Below, one piece after another: positions 61,674 through 64,000 of a DNA stretch of 64,000 bases. The translations under genes and the position numbers were made by a program. Numbering within the stretch: position 1 is the first letter of the stretch; every line of letters starts with the position of its first letter. Source of the stretch: Macrostomum lignano (lineage: Eukaryota); NCBI GenBank assembly GCA_002269645.1, contig NIVC01000023.1, positions 806,001-870,000 of the forward strand, in the 5' to 3' direction. The notes under the pieces are model-generated. The model ran no database searches. It worked only from the letters and a program-made list of their open reading frames with translations, and had not been told where the DNA came from.

Positions 61674-64000
61674 ATGGCGGAAGCGAATAACAGCGGCAAC
61701 CAGCAGCGCCAGCAACTGGTCGGAGCCGGTAGCGGCGGCTGCTACGAAAAAGTGGAGACAGCCGAAGATGAAGAGCCGAAGCTGCAGTGGACACAGCGGA
61801 GATGCTGCTGCTGCGGTGCCACCGGAATTGTTGCCAGCCTGATCGCCGCCGCCTTCGTGCTCGGCTGCCTGGTCAGCTTCGCCGTCACCACGCTGGCGTT
61901 GACCTCACCGAGCAGTCGGATTGGCCGCCAGTCGAACCGGTGGATCGACGACTCGACATTAAAATTGAATCGCGAGAAGCTGCGCGGTCTGGTGCCGAAC
62001 TCCGCTCTGCTGGACCAACACGTGGCCGCTCTGTCCAGCCGTCAGTCTCGCGCCGGCACTCCCGGCGCCATCTACCACGCCGAATACGTGGCCAACAACT
62101 GGCGCAAGCTCGGCCTGAAAGTCTTCAATCGAACCTACTCGGTGCTGCTGTCATATTTGGACACCGACAGTTCAACTTCGAAAGATCAGGTTGGCGTCAG
62201 ACTGTGCAGAGGCAGCTTGAACGGAATGGACGCCCGGTGCAATGTCACGCTGCGCCTTGATGCGCCCATCACTGAGCTGGAGGCCGCGGCCGACGCTTTG
62301 CCGTCAATTGTTCCGTTCACCAAGCCGCTGCAGGGCAAATTTCGATTGTTAACGTTGGAAAAGTTGAAGGAAACAGTTGCCAAGGCAACTAGTCCTGAGC
62401 AGCTTCGACGAGCTCTGTCGGACAAGGTGATTCTAGGCGACCGGCCAGTCTCCGCCTTCATCAACATCACCGTCCTGAACATGACCGCAGGTGTGCTGAA
62501 GAACCGGGCCATGGAGTCGCGGCCTGGGGTGCCAGTCTACCCGGAGGGCACCGGGGTGCCGGACACGCTGATCTCCATGAAAACCACTCTGAACACCAAC
62601 GTCAAAGGCGATCCGACCACGCCGATGTTCCCATCGAAGCCGTACGCTGTCCGTCTGGAAGGCGGGCCGCCGCTGAGCCAGCCGGACCATCCGACGGTGC
62701 CGATCTCCAAAGCTGACGTCGATCTGCTCAACAAGGCGCTTCAGTCGGACAGCAGCAGCGAGTTGTTCCTTCAAATCAACTGGCCGATGAAACAGTCGCT
62801 AAGGCCGGTGCAGGACATCTGCGCGGAGCTGACGGGCTCAGTGGAGCCCGACCGCGTCGTGCTGGTTGGTGGACACCGGGACGCCTGGCACTCTGGCGCA
62901 TTGGATCCGCACACGGGCCTGAGCTCGCTGCTGGAGATCAGCCGAGCCTTGGCCGAGTTTCACAGCGCCACAGGCTGGAGGCCGAGGCGCAGCCTCCTGC
63001 TGTGCAGCTGGGATGCCGAGGAGTGGAACCTGATTGGCAGCGCCGAGTGGCTGGACGAGGAGATTCTGCGAGCCAATCGGCGTCTAGTCGGCTACATCAA
63101 CACCGACACGGACATCATGGGCCACTGGAAGGTCATGGTGCACGCGTTCCGTCGTTGGCACGGCTTCCTTGACAAACTGTTCGCCGAAGTGCCCGACCCG
63201 GGCAAAAGCACCTCCAGTCCCGACCATCATTTCTATATCACGCCGGACTCTTATTCCGATTATTACGTGTTCTGGCGCAACATAGGCGTACCGATCGTGG
63301 ACTTATCCTACATCAGGCCTAACGAACCCAGGATGGTTGTGTACGATCTCTACCATAGCCGCTACGACACTGTGCGGCTGTACCGCCTGACAGACCCGGG
63401 TGGCAAAGCGCACTTGGCCGCGGTGCACAACTACATCGGCATCGCCTACAGCCTGCTCGACCGGCCCATCCTGCCAACCAACCTGACCAGCTACGCCACT
63501 GAGATTGACGAAGCCATGAGCCACCTGTACCAGCTGGCCGAGAATGCCAGCTTGATTTTGGCTAGAGGCGGTCAGAGCAGACTCAACAGCTCATCTTGGT
63601 CGGCCCTGCGTCGAGCTTTCCGAACTGAACTGGCTGGCGCAATAGACGCTCTGCGCAGCTTTCAAACAGATCAGCTTGATGGGGGAGGGACAGGCTCTGA
63701 CTTGGACCTGCTGGGGCAGCGAATGCTCAACGACAAGCTCATGGAGGTGCAGAAGGTGTTCGTCTATCGGTCAATCTACCCGCACTCGGATGTCGTCAAT
63801 CTGCTGGCCGAAGAGGGCAGCCTGCGGGTGTTTCGCCGGATCTTCCGCCAGGAGATGCACGAGACCCACGAGCTCATCGGCTTCGGGGGGCCCGGCGGCG
63901 GAGTTGGCAGCGGCAACGGCGGCGACGGGTCTGAGGCGAAACAGAAAAACTTGGAGAAGCTTTTGGAGACCTGCATCCTCAGCTTGGCCTCGGTGTCCAA
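61674..64000 (+). CDS. Intronless type II membrane M28B peptidase (glutamate carboxypeptidase II/NAALADase/transferrin-receptor-like), 3' end beyond the window
   Basis: Single open frame from ATG 61674 to the window end; absent from the ORF track because it has no stop. N-terminal TM helix, GDPTTPMFPS, GGHRDAW, GALDP, SWDAEEWNLIGSAEW, YINTD, SDY, YHSRYDT, NDKLMEVQKVF. All Zn-ligand positions are present. Confidence 0.92.
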   Translation, partial: MAEANNSGNQQRQQLVGAGSGGCYEKVETAEDEEPKLQWTQRRCCCCGATGIVASLIAAAFVLGCLVSFAVTTLALTSPSSRIGRQSNRWIDDSTLKLNREKLRGLVPNSALLDQHVAALSSRQSRAGTPGAIYHAEYVANNWRKLGLKVFNRTYSVLLSYLDTDSSTSKDQVGVRLCRGSLNGMDARCNVTLRLDAPITELEAAADALPSIVPFTKPLQGKFRLLTLEKLKETVAKATSPEQLRRALSDKVILGDRPVSAFINITVLNMTAGVLKNRAMESRPGVPVYPEGTGVPDTLISMKTTLNTNVKGDPTTPMFPSKPYAVRLEGGPPLSQPDHPTVPISKADVDLLNKALQSDSSSELFLQINWPMKQSLRPVQDICAELTGSVEPDRVVLVGGHRDAWHSGALDPHTGLSSLLEISRALAEFHSATGWRPRRSLLLCSWDAEEWNLIGSAEWLDEEILRANRRLVGYINTDTDIMGHWKVMVHAFRRWHGFLDKLFAEVPDPGKSTSSPDHHFYITPDSYSDYYVFWRNIGVPIVDLSYIRPNEPRMVVYDLYHSRYDTVRLYRLTDPGGKAHLAAVHNYIGIAYSLLDRPILPTNLTSYATEIDEAMSHLYQLAENASLILARGGQSRLNSSSWSALRRAFRTELAGAIDALRSFQTDQLDGGGTGSDLDLLGQRMLNDKLMEVQKVFVYRSIYPHSDVVNLLAEEGSLRVFRRIFRQEMHETHELIGFGGPGGGVGSGNGGDGSEAKQKNLEKLLETCILSLASVS

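Noticed and set aside
61787-64000. Short ORFs on both strands over the peptidase gene
   Set aside because: Alternative-frame shadows of the GC-rich M28B coding frame.

Overview
Eukaryotic (invertebrate animal) genomic DNA. GC-rich exons with poly-Ala/Gly/Gln runs, AT-rich spacers, introns filled with mini/microsatellites and TTAGGG repeats suggest a flatworm such as Macrostomum; this is an inference, not checked against a database. Five protein-coding loci were reconstructed by hand from GT-AG splice sites and frame continuity: a 10-exon PLXDC/TEM7-like gene (+, 1551-9288); a 6-exon NKRF-like dsRBD protein gene (+, 20493-25803); a 14-exon TDP1 (+, 28669-52909) stretched to 24 kb by satellite-filled introns; a rhodopsin-class peptide-receptor-like GPCR with a 1-nt frameshift (-, 58000-59188); and an intronless M28B glutamate carboxypeptidase II/NAALADase-like ORF (+, 61674 to beyond the window end). 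Two transposon clusters (about 10.3-18.5 kb and 54.9-57.7 kb) hold a Crypton-type tyrosine recombinase relic, an RTE-type LINE endonuclease relic, IS630/Tc1 deletion derivatives, a Harbinger derivative and nested 8-bp-TSD MITEs (hAT-like and P-like). More than 25 distinct tandem-repeat families occur, nearly all in introns or gene flanks. Most long ORFs in the supplied track are artefacts of these repeats. The most unusual signals concern splicing: TDP1 intron 9 carries an array of its own 5' splice site followed by an array of 3'-splice-site-like units, and inverted (TCTG)n/(CAGA)n tracts flank an in-frame 774-nt block of TDP1 exons.
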